Below, piece by piece: positions 13,301 to 25,300 of a stretch of DNA of 64,000 nucleotides. The DNA lies in the NCBI GenBank assembly GCA_050084515.1, contig CM114271.1:10292001-10356000 (forward strand), read 5' to 3'. How positions within the stretch are numbered: the first letter of the stretch is position 1; the number at the start of each line of letters is the position of its first letter. The position numbers and the translations under genes were made by a program. This DNA is from Blasia pusilla (lineage: Eukaryota). The notes beneath the pieces are model-generated. The model was not told where the DNA came from, did not search any database, and worked only from the letters and a program-made list of their open reading frames with translations.

Positions 13301-16300
13301 CCTACTCCAAACATAGACATGGCTCCACACCTGCCTCACAAGCTCGTTTGCACTCCACGCATCTCAACGCTTGTCCCCAACAATAATAAAGAAGCTCTGT
13401 ACCATGGGAAGAGACACCCACCCTGACATGTCTCTCCGTGGGACTATCCCCTACGGGAATGTCCTCCGCATGTATGCTCCTCTCCCCGAAAGCTCTTGAT
13501 CATAAAACACCACCTGTGAATGCTGCCAACGTGGTCACCGTATCCCCACGTGGTCAACCACCACTACTCCCTGCAAACTGCACCGATAGATGGCTCACCC
13601 ATCCATCACTTGATCGCCACCCTGGCCGATAAGAAACTATCTCCTCCCAAAAATCCAGAATGAAACCAAGAGGGTACAACATGGTACTCCCTACCAACAC
13701 ATCATACGAATCCGCAGGTGTCGTAATTGCGCGAGTGCGCACTATCCCACTATCCAACTCATGCTCTGGCTAGAGTCTAACCACCAACTCATGTTGAGTC
13801 ATGAACTACGTGGGTGATATGCCCCAAATAGAGGTCTATATATGAAAGGGACAATTGTTGATGTCCCCTTTCCGTAATCCCAACGCCAAACACGCCGTCT
13901 TCCCTAACATCAAGGGCTGCGCTCCTAAATCAAGTAGGATGCGCTGTGGGTGGTACATCGTAGCTATGGGACTAACCAAGCGAAAAACTCCTGGTTGGTT
14001 TTCCAACAACACCACACCTGGTGTGATCCTGGCTCGCTCAATGGTCGGCCGAGCTAGCATGTGTACCAACTTCGCCACCGCCGCATGCCATGACTTAGTG
14101 GGGGACATCCTGAGCTCTTGCTCCGAGGGCAAGTCCACCACCTCCTCAACTACCTCTGAATGAGAGGCAATCACCTCTCCATGCTCACATAACGTGGCGG
14201 CTAGCCGGAACACCTCCGCTGGTCCAACTCCTAACGTCGCCAACTCCAAGAACATGGTCAACACTGGCTCCTCCCAAGCCGGCATAGGAGTTTTCTCTCC
14301 AACTCCTCGTGACATCGATGCACATGTCCCACTTGTGGGCACTACCGGTCGTCAAGGCAGCATTGACGGTGTATGTAGTGCCTCAGACAATGTGAACGAG
14401 TGAGGAACCCCAGCGTGCCGCCCATCGGTCCCCTCTTGTGATTCAATCTCAACCCCACCTCTCGATGGCTTGGTTACTCTTGCAGCACCCCAAGTCACCA
14501 CTGTAGCACCTTCAACTTGAGCCGCACTACACATAAATCCCATCATCGCAGAATCCTCACCTGCGTCGTGGTAAGATGTCGAGGCTCGCGCCACACTAGC
14601 TACTCTCAGCTCCGCGCCTGCCTGCAACTGCATCATCGTCATGGCAGCAATCCTATGCTCCAATTGATCAATGCGCATAAGGAGCATTGCATTGGATGCA
14701 CGTCCTCCATCTCCCGTGACTGGTGATGGCACTCTTCCACCACGATCATCTACCACTTGATCTCCACCAACTCTCTTGCCCCCAAGTCCTATGCCAACCT
14801 CTGGACATACCTCCTGGCGAAGATTGTAACACCTATCCCTAGTGTGACCATATCGTTTACAATGATCACATTGCAATTGTGGTGGGGCCATCCTCTATGG
14901 CTACTAAGCAATCAGAGGGGCCCGTGGCCCTCTCCCATGTTGTGGGCAGTCCCTCTGCCTATGTCATCCACCAGACGTCCAACAAGCCAACCCTGGTCCC
15001 TACTGGGAAACATATGTGAGTACGGGCCATTGCCTCATTGGCTCATGATACCCGCCCTACTCTTTGGGCCCACTAGCCCATTCTTGTGGTACTGGTGCAT
15101 GTTGAGACACCTGTGGGTCTACTCCTACTCGTTGACCCGTTGAATCCCACGAAAAAACCATGGTCACCACCTGCTCCTCACTCATGTTGAGCTCTATCCA
15201 CTCAGACAACTCGGAGACCACCTTCAATGTGGGCTTCGCCATGTGAAGCAATATTGGATCCCAAACTCTCCTCCATAGCTCCTCATCTAGCATCCCGTAC
15301 CAATACTACACTGATTGGGCCTTAGTCATCCCATATGTGGCAAAGATCAAATGTCGCATGCGCATGAACACCTCCCTCAAACTCTCACCCGATCTCCATT
15401 GAAAATCCTCTAGACTCTTCAAATTGACGATGCATACACCTTGGTAGCTCTTCCCCAACTGTCAGAAGAACTCCAGTGTGGGACTGAAGTTGGGTGGCCC
15501 TCTATCACTAGAAGTCTTTGCCACATCGCCTGTCTCACTGCCCTCCTCTCCATCTAGTCTCCAAGATGATGATGTAGGTCTCTCTCCTCTCAGGATCCCA
15601 TCATATGCCTTGCGACCACTAGTGGATACATACCATGGTGCCCAATACATCCTCCAGGCATCGATCTCTACTAAATACAGCAATCGGAACTCCATGTAGT
15701 CATCCATCGGCGGACCCTCCAAGTGTTAGAACAACCCTCTCCATGCCATAAAAGGGTTGAACTGCGTAGGGGTCCGTATCTTATGGAATTCGCACCACGT
15801 GTCGAACTCCTGGATGAAATCATCTAGATCTATGGTGCCTACCGCATTTGAAAAACGTTGCATGCCCCGATGGCTCATGTCGTCTATCTCTATCCACGTA
15901 TCATTGTCCTTATCCACGATCTTGTCACCAGACCCGCTGTCTAGTGATGACGATCCAGCCACGCATGGGAGTCAAGGTGGTTCCTCACTCGAAACCCCTT
16001 GATACCTTACACCACTCCGTGTCACACCACTACTATTGCTCGTACTACCCCGTTCTTCCGAACCTTGGAAGAACACCGTGATGACAACCCTCTCTCACCC
16101 GCTCAAGCACTCAGACTCACCAAGAGTTTCCCACACTCCTCACTAGCTCACCTATGCTAATGCCAATCCCGTGCTGACACATCCGACCTCACGCACACTC
16201 AACACTTAGGCTCACTATGAGCCTCCCACTAACTCACCTAAACTACTGACACCCTTGGATCGTACACGCGACCCCTACTTGGAAATTTCCGTATATCCAC

Positions 16301-16877
16301 AAATATGCTATACATGAAAGGAGTCTACACTTGTCACCATCGCTACACCCATCTAACACCAAAAACTACCCGATACCCAACACTCTCAATCACATAAGAT
16401 AAGTGCGGGAAAAGAGACTTGAATGGATAACCTGATCACGCCCACCAACCTACTGCATCGTCAACACTCACTCCTCCATGTGGTACGGCAACCTCCGCAA
16501 CATGATACCCTCCTTGAACACACGTCAAACCTCCCGTCACTAGATATAGACCACCCATCGGCATCATCATACTCACACTCCATCAGCAACACCCCGTTGC
16601 AAACTCTTGGCGTAACTCAGCTTTCCTAACTACGTAAGCAGTTCCACCACATCCGCCTCCCAACCTGGTAACTCACGCTTACTCTGTCCCAACTCCTACC
16701 AGGTACCCTTGTTACCACCTTCAGTTCTACTTTGTCCCAACCTTACTATGTTCCTTCTCAATCATGCCTCTTTGCTTCTACTCACAATCATGTCCCCATG
16801 CGTGCGACCTCCTCACACATCGGCCGCATCACTCTGCACGGGAGCTCTTCTCGTAACGTGCCTTTCCCTTCTGTACT

Positions 16878-18097
16878 TGTAATGTACAAGTGTTTCTATT
16901 TTACAGTCGTTTTAATAAGTTTGATCCCCAAGAGGATCATTGTTTGATGAAAAGAGAGTTCGGAATTACAATTCTGTTGTAATAGTTGTATTTAAAGGTG
17001 TGTGAGTTATATTCAATGTCTTATCAATATCTTCTGATCTTTCTTAGTACCAAAGGATCTTTTCTCGATTCTCTCTAGTGGAATTGACAGCATGTTCAGG
17101 TAGATTTTCCTCTCGACATCAAGAAACCTCACAGAGATCTCAACACAAAAGCTGGCTTCTTCTAGTTTCGGAACTCAATCCGTCTCGACAGGTTACTCTC
17201 TGTCAAACAGATTTCCTACAACTCATGTTGATTATTTCACTGATGAGAAAGGTTCGTCTGATTCACTCTTCACTCTGCAGACCCAAAAAGAATACTCAGA
17301 CATAAGCATCGCACATCAGAATGAATGAATGATTGCTTTACTACTCCATCAAGAATGAGAAAGCTTCAAAGTGTATACAAGCTCGAGAGGGTACTTCTCT
17401 CTTGCTCGGACCATTCCTACAACATAAGGACTTCGTAAGAGAATGATGATTATGGCTTCTACCTTGCTTCTTAAATATTAGCTAGAATAGAAGTGATCCT
17501 AAGATTCGAAACGTTCTTGATGAAGCTAGTGTCTCTTCACTGTTTCTAACTACCTAGATCTATGGTTCTCTTAGCTTTTCCTATGATCCCTGGGAATCCG
17601 CAATACAAAACTATCCTAACTACCAATTTGATACAAAGGGTCGCGCCCTTTCCTAGTCTAACTGTTCTAACTATGTGTCGCTTGAAATCACAGTCCTTCT
17701 TAGCTTCGCTTCGCTGGGAAGTTTGGACTTCTTCTTCTTCCCTTGAGGACGAAGCTCTTCCTCTTGGTTTGAGGACGAAGTACTTCATGCTTCGTGCTTC
17801 GTGCAAGAGCGAAGTACTTCTTTCTTCTTTTCTTTGTGATGCTTCGTTATGTAGCGAAGCGCTTCAAAGACATAGCTTCATACATCTTTGTTGAGCTTCA
17901 TTAAGCTTCGTCATTGTGTTTTCCTCTCCTCTAAGGAAAATCCTTGATCTTCCATCTCTCTGCCTTGTCCCAGGAGCTTCGTGATTCACTCATTCTTCTT
18001 CATAATAATAAATAATCATATCAAAATCATAATATACAAGAGTCTTCGTTGAATAAAAAGATATATTCTTCAAGAGTACAAAATTGTGGGTATCACA
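16878..18097 (-). repeat. Solo LTR (1220 bp), family 4, nested in the family-1 element
   Basis: TGTAATGTACAA...GGGTATCACA with a perfect 5-bp TSD GTACT/GTACT. Termini are shared with 62131-63671. Confidence 0.9.
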
Positions 18098-19079
18098 GTA
18101 CTCTTTGGCTCCCACGTACTTAGCAAAGCCCTACCCCCATCCTAACTCTCTACAGACACGCGTCCCTATGGACGCACCCTCACTCCTTCTTCCCTACACT
18201 TGAAGCCCACCTGGCTCCCTCTTTACTCCTGGATGAGCCCTCCATGGCTCCCCGCTCTCCCTTCCTCCTTACGCGGCCCTTCCTTGCACGGTGCCCTATG
18301 CACCTTAACTCCACCTCAGTTCCCTGGACCCGCCACTCTTTCCCTGGTCCGTGCGCATCCTTATGCGCACACTCCCCAATCCGGCCCCTTCATCCCTCAA
18401 GACACACTCAACCCTCTCCCTTCCTTTGGCTGTCTCCGTCCGCAGATCCTTTCTCATGCCTCGTTTGGCCTATTTCTTGCCCGACTTGGCCCTCGTGGCT
18501 CCTTCATGCGCCCCCCGCGGCCAACCCCACACAGTGCCCTATGGATCCATAATGGCTCACACCCCTTTGACACCACCCACACCACATCCCTATGCGGCCC
18601 TATGTGGTCGCATCCTAGCTTTGTCGGACCCCGGACCTCAAACGCGGCTCCGCCTAAACCCGACTACCCGCCTTGCAACTCCCTGCTCTCGAATCCGCAG
18701 CCTTATGCTTACTTCCCGCTACTGTACAACTGCGCCCCCAACCTAAATGTTCTGACCTAACCTAATATGAGCGACTGCAACCTAGCCTAGCCGCGCTCAC
18801 AGTGGCTATGGTATTCCCAAAGCTTCTTTTTCTCCCGAAACTCACCGCTCACCCATCGATTGTACTCTCCGTGCTACACCTAAGCTACTACCGCTATATT
18901 CTGTTGCTGTCCCCCATCAATCCTCACCGTCAAGATCAAAGAAAACATGACAGCGCTTCCGCCCACGGACTCTCGAACAGAAAAATGCCAACAACAACAC
19001 CAACCAACGTCTCCAAGGCTCCCCAACCAGGGCAACTCGCCTGCCTACCTGAAACCAACAAATTCCCCTTGCCCCCTCG

Positions 19080-19093
19080 CATCTTTCTCATGT
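19080..19093 (-). promoter_or_regulatory. Self-priming primer-binding site of family 1
   Basis: 19080-19093 (CATCTTTCTCATGT) is the exact reverse complement of 19263-19276, which begins 27 nt downstream of a minus-strand TATAA (19307-19303). Confidence 0.8.
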
Positions 19094-19901
19094 AAAATCA
19101 AGAGAAGTAAAAAATGGCTCACCTGGCCTAAAACTCCACTCATGAATCTACATTGGCATATCAAACCACATCCACCCTCTACTATGAGGGAATCCGGACG
19201 CTAGCACCCTAACTCCTACACATCCACACACGTCTATGCAAGAGAGGCGCTCCTAAGGCTCAACATGAGAAAGATGGCTTGATAAAGCCATCTCCCTCAC
19301 TCTTATACCCTTGGAAAGAGCCAAAAAGCTCTTCCCCCAAAAATAGCCCTCCCAACGGTAACCTGCGTGCACAGGTTACCAAGTAACCATTGACTCGGTC
19401 AACGGGTCACCTGATGGACTAAAGCCAAAATAGGGAAATCGCCATAAACGATGTTCCCGACACAACAGACCTGTTGCCAACCTCATACGACATCTCAGGA
19501 TGAAGTTACACCCAAATAGCCCGCTGACTATCTATACCGTTGACGCGATAGAATTCTACCTACGTCAAAATAAGATGTGACAAAGTGAATGTAGGCTCTT
19601 GGACATAATGACGAGGTCAAGTGGCATTACTCAAATTTCAGCTTAAGTAATCGCCTTTTGGATTGTCAATTTCCCACAAGTGATCTAGTGATGACTTGAG
19701 GTTTCTCCTAATCACACGAAGTATAAGGCTTTGGTTGTTTTCCCATCATGTCTATTTTGGGATTAGAAGGGACCATTTCCTTCCTGAACGACATATGTGG
19801 AATAAGACCAGTATTAGAAGTATCTGTCATAAACCCCGCAAAATTTTGATGTTCTCTTAGTTGATTTATGATGGATGTGTTGATTCATACCATAGAGCCT
19901 T

Positions 19902-20644
19902 TGTCATGCGAATACACATCGCTATCAACATACACATCGGTTGTCATGCACACACATGTCTAACATCCATCTAGCTATAAATCCTAACATCTCTATGCAT
20001 GAACGACTGGACAACCCCAATATAAAGTTGAATACAAAGTGTAAACTCTCATGAAATCTGCAATCAACCGTGCTTCATCCAAACAGCCATACTCATGATT
20101 CTGATACGCACTGGTGTGACAGCAAGAGAAAGTATACACAAGGATTCCTAAAATGTGTGATCTCCTTATTGATCACTCCTAGCCCACTCTTCAAGAGAGA
20201 ATCCAGGCTCAATTCATGCATGTCGTAGTGTATCACGGATCCCAACAAGGGTCTGCAATCCTAAGGAGATGAGCTCCAAATGAGACTCATCCGAGGTATA
20301 CTCCCCTGGGCACCTCCATGGATGACCTATACACAGAGGTCATCTCCCTCCTACCAGGTCACTACCAACCTGTAATACACCCATACTAGCTCCCTAACAA
20401 CTACACATGTGGTCCCCTCATGAGACCAACTACCAACTAACCCACGACCCTATAGATCCAAGTGGAGCCGAGCCATACATGGGTGGGAAGGTCAACCTCT
20501 CCAAGGTTGCCACTCCTCATAAAGGGAAGGGGGACCTACACTTGTAGGTCACCTCCTAAGAGCAGGTCACATATGACCTCTCAAAATAGGGAAGTACAAG
20601 ACCCCTCTAAGGCCTGGATACTATCTCTCCCTACGCCTCATCTA
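19902..20644 (-). repeat. Family-2 LTR: A segment 19902-20019 + AT + truncated B segment
   Basis: Starts TGTCATGCG. B is nearly identical to 33002-33619. The end of A is the reverse complement of the sequence after the PPT at 22292-22331. Confidence 0.85.
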
Positions 20645-22331
20645 GTGAGGAGTCGACAGGGACTAGAGACATCCACGATGATGAGATGGTCTTGGAGTAC
20701 CTGCGCACTGGTGTCGTAGCAAGCACGGTGGGTGCTAGAGAGCGAGATCGAGTCCTACGGAGAGCTAGGAGGTTCAGGTGGGAGGGGACGCGTGTGGTTT
20801 AAGTCTGGGAGGATGGACGAGTGCGAATGGTGCCGCATCCTTCACAGCAAGCACGAGTTGTGAGACATGCTCACGAGGAGTTAGGGCATTTTGGAGTCAA
20901 GCGTACGTATTGCTTGATATAGATTCAATATTGGTGGTGTGGTATGCAGACTGATGTTAAGCAGTTTGTAGCTAGATGCATTGTATGTGATAGGGTGCGG
21001 GCATCGTTCAATGCTCGACACCACACTTGCTTCCTTTACTGATCATGGGGTTAGGGTATCGCTAGAATTTAGACTTTGCAGGGCTTTTACCATTGATGGG
21101 ATGCCATAGTCGGTATGTGTTGGTCATGGTGGAGCACTTCTCCGGATGGATTGAGTTGGTAGGGTTGCCGGATAGGTCGAGTGAGGGAGCGGCTTATGCA
21201 TTTCTTGATAGAGTGCTTAGTCACTTTGGCGCACCAGTAGAGGTGTTGATGGACTAGGGTACTGAGTTTAGGGGTGACTTTCAGGCCTTGTGTGATTAGG
21301 CATTGATAGATCATCCTATGACTTCTCTAGATCATCCGGAGGCAGATGGTTTGGGAGAGAGAGTTGTGCAAACGGTGAAGAGAGGATTGCACAAGTATGG
21401 ACTGCAGAGAGGACACTTGGGAGATTGGGACCTACAGTTTCCGTGATTGGCGATGAGTTACCGCTTCAGTCGGCAGGCATCCTTGGCATCATTTTCACCA
21501 TATTTCTTGCTCTATGGGAGAGAGCCAGAGTTATCGGTGTCGATTCGACGAGATGTAGTTGAGGTACTTGACCTCGAAAATCTAGACGTATGTATGGGTG
21601 CGAGCGTGTTCTTAGTGGGCTGAGCTCTTTTGGAGAGTCATGCCTATGGCATTTGAGAACCTGGCTATCTCTCAACATCACGATACTCTGAGGTACGTGA
21701 CTACGCCTGGAGGAGGCTATCAACTAGGGATTCGGCGATTCCATCCTGTCCATTATGTCTATCTACAGCACGCAACGCCGATGACATTGGACGTGACAGC
21801 GGGACGCACTGTTCTGCGAGTGCGAGAGATTTTAGTTTCAAGAGTCCTTGTTTTAGAGGGTCGTGATGGTACCGTTTGGAAAGATCATGTGTGTAACTGT
21901 GCGCCATGTCATCTTCCCAACGTAGATGGGAGGATTGATCTGAGCTTGGGAGTTGTTCCTCCAGGCTTGAGATGCATGTTGTGTGGGTCTGCCACAGGCG
22001 TAGCCACGATGCTACTTTGTGATGGGTGTTCTCGAGGATGGCATATGTCGTGTTTGACGCCACCTCTCGACTTGGTTCCTCAGGGACGTTGTCTTTGTCC
22101 CAGATGTACATAGGTGTGATAGGTAGATACAAGATGACTCTTGATGTTATGGATTGCAAGAAGGTGACTAACGATGGGGTGACACAGCACCCGACCTCCT
22201 CATCTTAGCACTAAAAAATTGCATAGCATTTAGACTTGTTTTGTAGGCTATCTTGAGTTAGAGGGACCTAACCACCAGCTAGGGGGGCAATTCGAGTTTT
22301 CTAGTCGTTCATGTGTGGAGATGTTAGGATT
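20645..22331 (+). mobile_element. Gypsy integrase (HHCC, DDE core) with C-terminal PHD finger, PPT and start of a family-2 A segment; degenerate
   Basis: HEELGHFGVKRTY...CIVC, LDFAG, ADGLGERVVQTVK. ORF 21640-22113 ends CMLC-x9-LLCDGCSRGWHMSCL-x11-CLCPRC (C4HC3). PPT AGGGGGGCA at 22281. Confidence 0.9.
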
Positions 22332-22339
22332 AATCTGAG

Positions 22340-25300
22340 GACTCACCATCCAACCTCCCTCCTTGGAGTGGATGCCTCCTGCTGACTTGACATAGCCAAT
22401 AGACACAAAAAGGCACATGCGTGCCAACCCGGCACCATCTCCTCATTACTCTCACCATGCCACCGCGCTCCAGTCACATTGCTCTAGCTCGTGCATGGGT
22501 TACGGCTCAACCTGTTCGCATCTTGGCTCAAATGTCTTGGATGATGCACAACCTGAAAATCATACTCGTGCAATATGAGTGACCATTTGGCAAGCTTCTC
22601 TGTAAGCTTGTCTGACTCCATCAACCACCTGAGTGGCTGATGATTAGTGATGAGCATGAAAGGGTTCCTGAACAAATAACATCTGAAACGGGCCACTGCC
22701 CATACTGCAGCTAAGCACTCCTCCTCATAGGAAGTGTACTTCCCCTCCGCAGTGTTGTTTGAGCGGCTCACATATGCCACTACGAACTCCTTCCCCTCAT
22801 CACCAACCCTATCTGGCGCCCCCAACAACAAAATTTCGGCTGGCAAAACATGTTGATATCCCCTGACTGCAGACACTGGCAATAACTGAGGATACTGTTG
22901 GACTAGTCTCGACACATGATGTAATAAGACTCTACATGCAGTCTCATCCCTTTAAATATACAAGTACTTCTATACTCGTACTCCGGTCTGCAACACTACA
23001 GCCAACGCTGTACTAATCCCTCCAAATAGATCTAATATACATACACCCTCCTCGGGATACTGCCACAAAATTGGTATGGTGTCCAAGGGTGTCAACGTCT
23101 CCACTCCTAGAGCACGTGGTAACTTTGTCCCGTCTCGCTCTAGAGCATAGGCTCGGCTCCACGCCTATCTCACGAGCTCGTGTATTCTCCTCCACAAATC
23201 GATGCTCGTCCCCCAAAAAATTGAAGAAGTGTCGCCAACAGATGTAGGCAAGCTCGTCATTGCATGCCACTCCTCAAGACTATCTTGTGTAGGAATATCC
23301 TCTGCATTGGCGTTGCCCTCTTGTAAATCTCCAAGCCAACATAATGTGCCACAATAAGCAGCAATTGTTGTGGTCGACCCCCAGAGTGAACCATCAAGTC
23401 TCCCTGCAAATTGCACGGGTAGCTAACTGGCTCGTCCCTCACCTAACTGCCAACTGACTGACAGGAGGCTTTCTCCTCCCAAAAGTCAAGTGTGAATCCT
23501 AGAGGATACAATACGATAGCCCCTACCAAAACATCATAAGACTTGGCCGGTGTCACAACCGCTCGTGTCCGCACCATCACACTATCCCTAGGATGATTGG
23601 GCCGAATCCTCACTGCAATCTCATTGCAAGTCATGAACTATGTCGAGGATGTGCCTCCCAATGAATCCTGAATCTAGAATGGACATGGAGTGATCTCACA
23701 CTTCCACAAATCCTATCGCTACACATGTCGCCTTTCCCAACATAAGGGGTTGTGCTCTTGAATCAAGTAGCACTCTCTACGTCGATACATGACTCCGGAT
23801 GGACCAACCAACTGGACAACTCCATCTCGGTTGTCCAAGACAACAACTCTTGGTGAGACGGTTTTACGCTCTATCGCTGGTCTAGCTGGCAGCTCCGCCA
23901 CTCTAGCCGCTGCTGCATGCCAACTCTCTGTGGCTCTCATCCCGAGCACATGCTCCGAGGGTACCTCTGCCACATCTCCTGTGCGAGTCTAAACACTAGA
24001 AGAACCAAACTCATCGCTCTCATAGAGCATCGCCGCCAATCGGAAAACATTAGTTGGTCAACCTCCACATATCAACAAATCTCTGGCCGTAAATAGTGGG
24101 ATGCTACACAAAGCTATCACCATATCTCGTAATGTGCCAATACTAGGCCGTGTCAAATGCTGCATAGGCCTGATAGTCGTACTCGCCTCACCCGCTCCTC
24201 TAACTGCAGTGGCATCTATGACAAAAGCACTCCGCAAATGCCGTCTAGGGACCATTGATGGGGTCCAAAGAGCCTGTGACAATGTGAAATACTAGGGAAG
24301 TCTATCCTGCTTGCCAGCCTCTCCCCTTTAGGCATCCAACTCCACATCAGATCCTCGTGGCTTAGAAGCTCTCACCGCGGCTCTCGTAACCATTGCATTT
24401 GCATCCACTTGTGCGCTGTTGCACAAAAATCCCATATCTCCTAGATCTCTTGCCATATCCTAGGCTTGAGCAGATCCGGAAGTTGATGCGCTCCCTACAC
24501 CTAATGTAGATGCCTGCTGGGTCGTCATGGCCTGAAGGCGTTGCTCCAACTGAGCAATCCTTGCCAAAGCTGCCTCTGATGCAAGTGCTGCACTCACTTG
24601 GGCAGGTGGTGGGGTCCTACCTCCACCACGTCCTCGACCTTCTACACCTCGTCCTTTGCCACCTCCAGGTCCTCGACCTCCCTCTAGGCGCAGCTTGGGG
24701 TGGAGCTGGAAACATCTCTCACGTGCGTGCCCATATCTTTGGCAATGATCACACTGAGGTAAGGGTGGCCTACCCTGGGCCGCCTCATAAACAACTGATG
24801 GTGATGCAAACACTCCACTCTGCTGTCTATAATCTCGCTAACGATGTGATCCTCTATACGTCCAACAAGAAATACCTGAGCGTTGCTGCCCAGCATATGA
24901 CTGAACTGGTCATGGTCCTGGCTCGCCGTATCCTCCTGTAGCCCTCGGTCCCATGACTCTATCTTGAGTAGTGCATTGCGGCACTGATGGAGACACCATC
25001 ACTCGTGTTGTCTCCCTCGAAGATGATGCGCCTATACTCAAAACTCTCTCCTCAAGTATGTGGAGCTCAATCCGCTCCGCGAACAAAAATACAGACTTGA
25101 GAGTAGGCGAACCAACATGTTAGAGAGTTGCATCTCGCACTCTCTTCCGCAACTCGTGGTCTAGTGTCGCATACCAGAACTTGACCGCTTGCGCCTTCGT
25201 CACACCCTTAGTTGTTGTGATCAACCGTCAGAGTCGTGCATAGGCCTCTCGAAGACTCTCTCCCGCTCTCCCCTGAAACTCATGAATCGACTTCAGCTTG

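Larger units (their letters stand above)
11944..19582 (-). mobile_element. Non-autonomous Gypsy element, family 1 (gag-CCHC-protease-truncated DNMT; no RT/IN), permuted LTRs, 4-bp TSD
   Basis: Termini TGTCGTG (11944) and GTGACA (19582), flanked by AAGT/AAGT. Segments: A 11944-12080, B 12083-12982, A 12985-13121, PPT ~13124-13132, B 19094-19582. Gag fragments 15962-14352 with CDHCKRYGHTRDRC. Protease-like ILLDLGAQPLMLG near 13900. Confidence 0.88.

Noticed and set aside
16873-16877. GTAC target-site preference of family 4
   Set aside because: Seen at 16873 and 62127 but not at 32253 or 46863. Too few sites.
18200-19204. Pro-rich ORFs as genes
   Set aside because: C-rich antisense strand of the retroelement 5' leader, with no recognisable domain.
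11944-19582. DIRS/Ngaro tyrosine-recombinase element
   Set aside because: It has TG..CA ends, a 4-bp TSD, a PPT and a protease. Related copies encode a DDE integrase and no tyrosine recombinase motif was seen.
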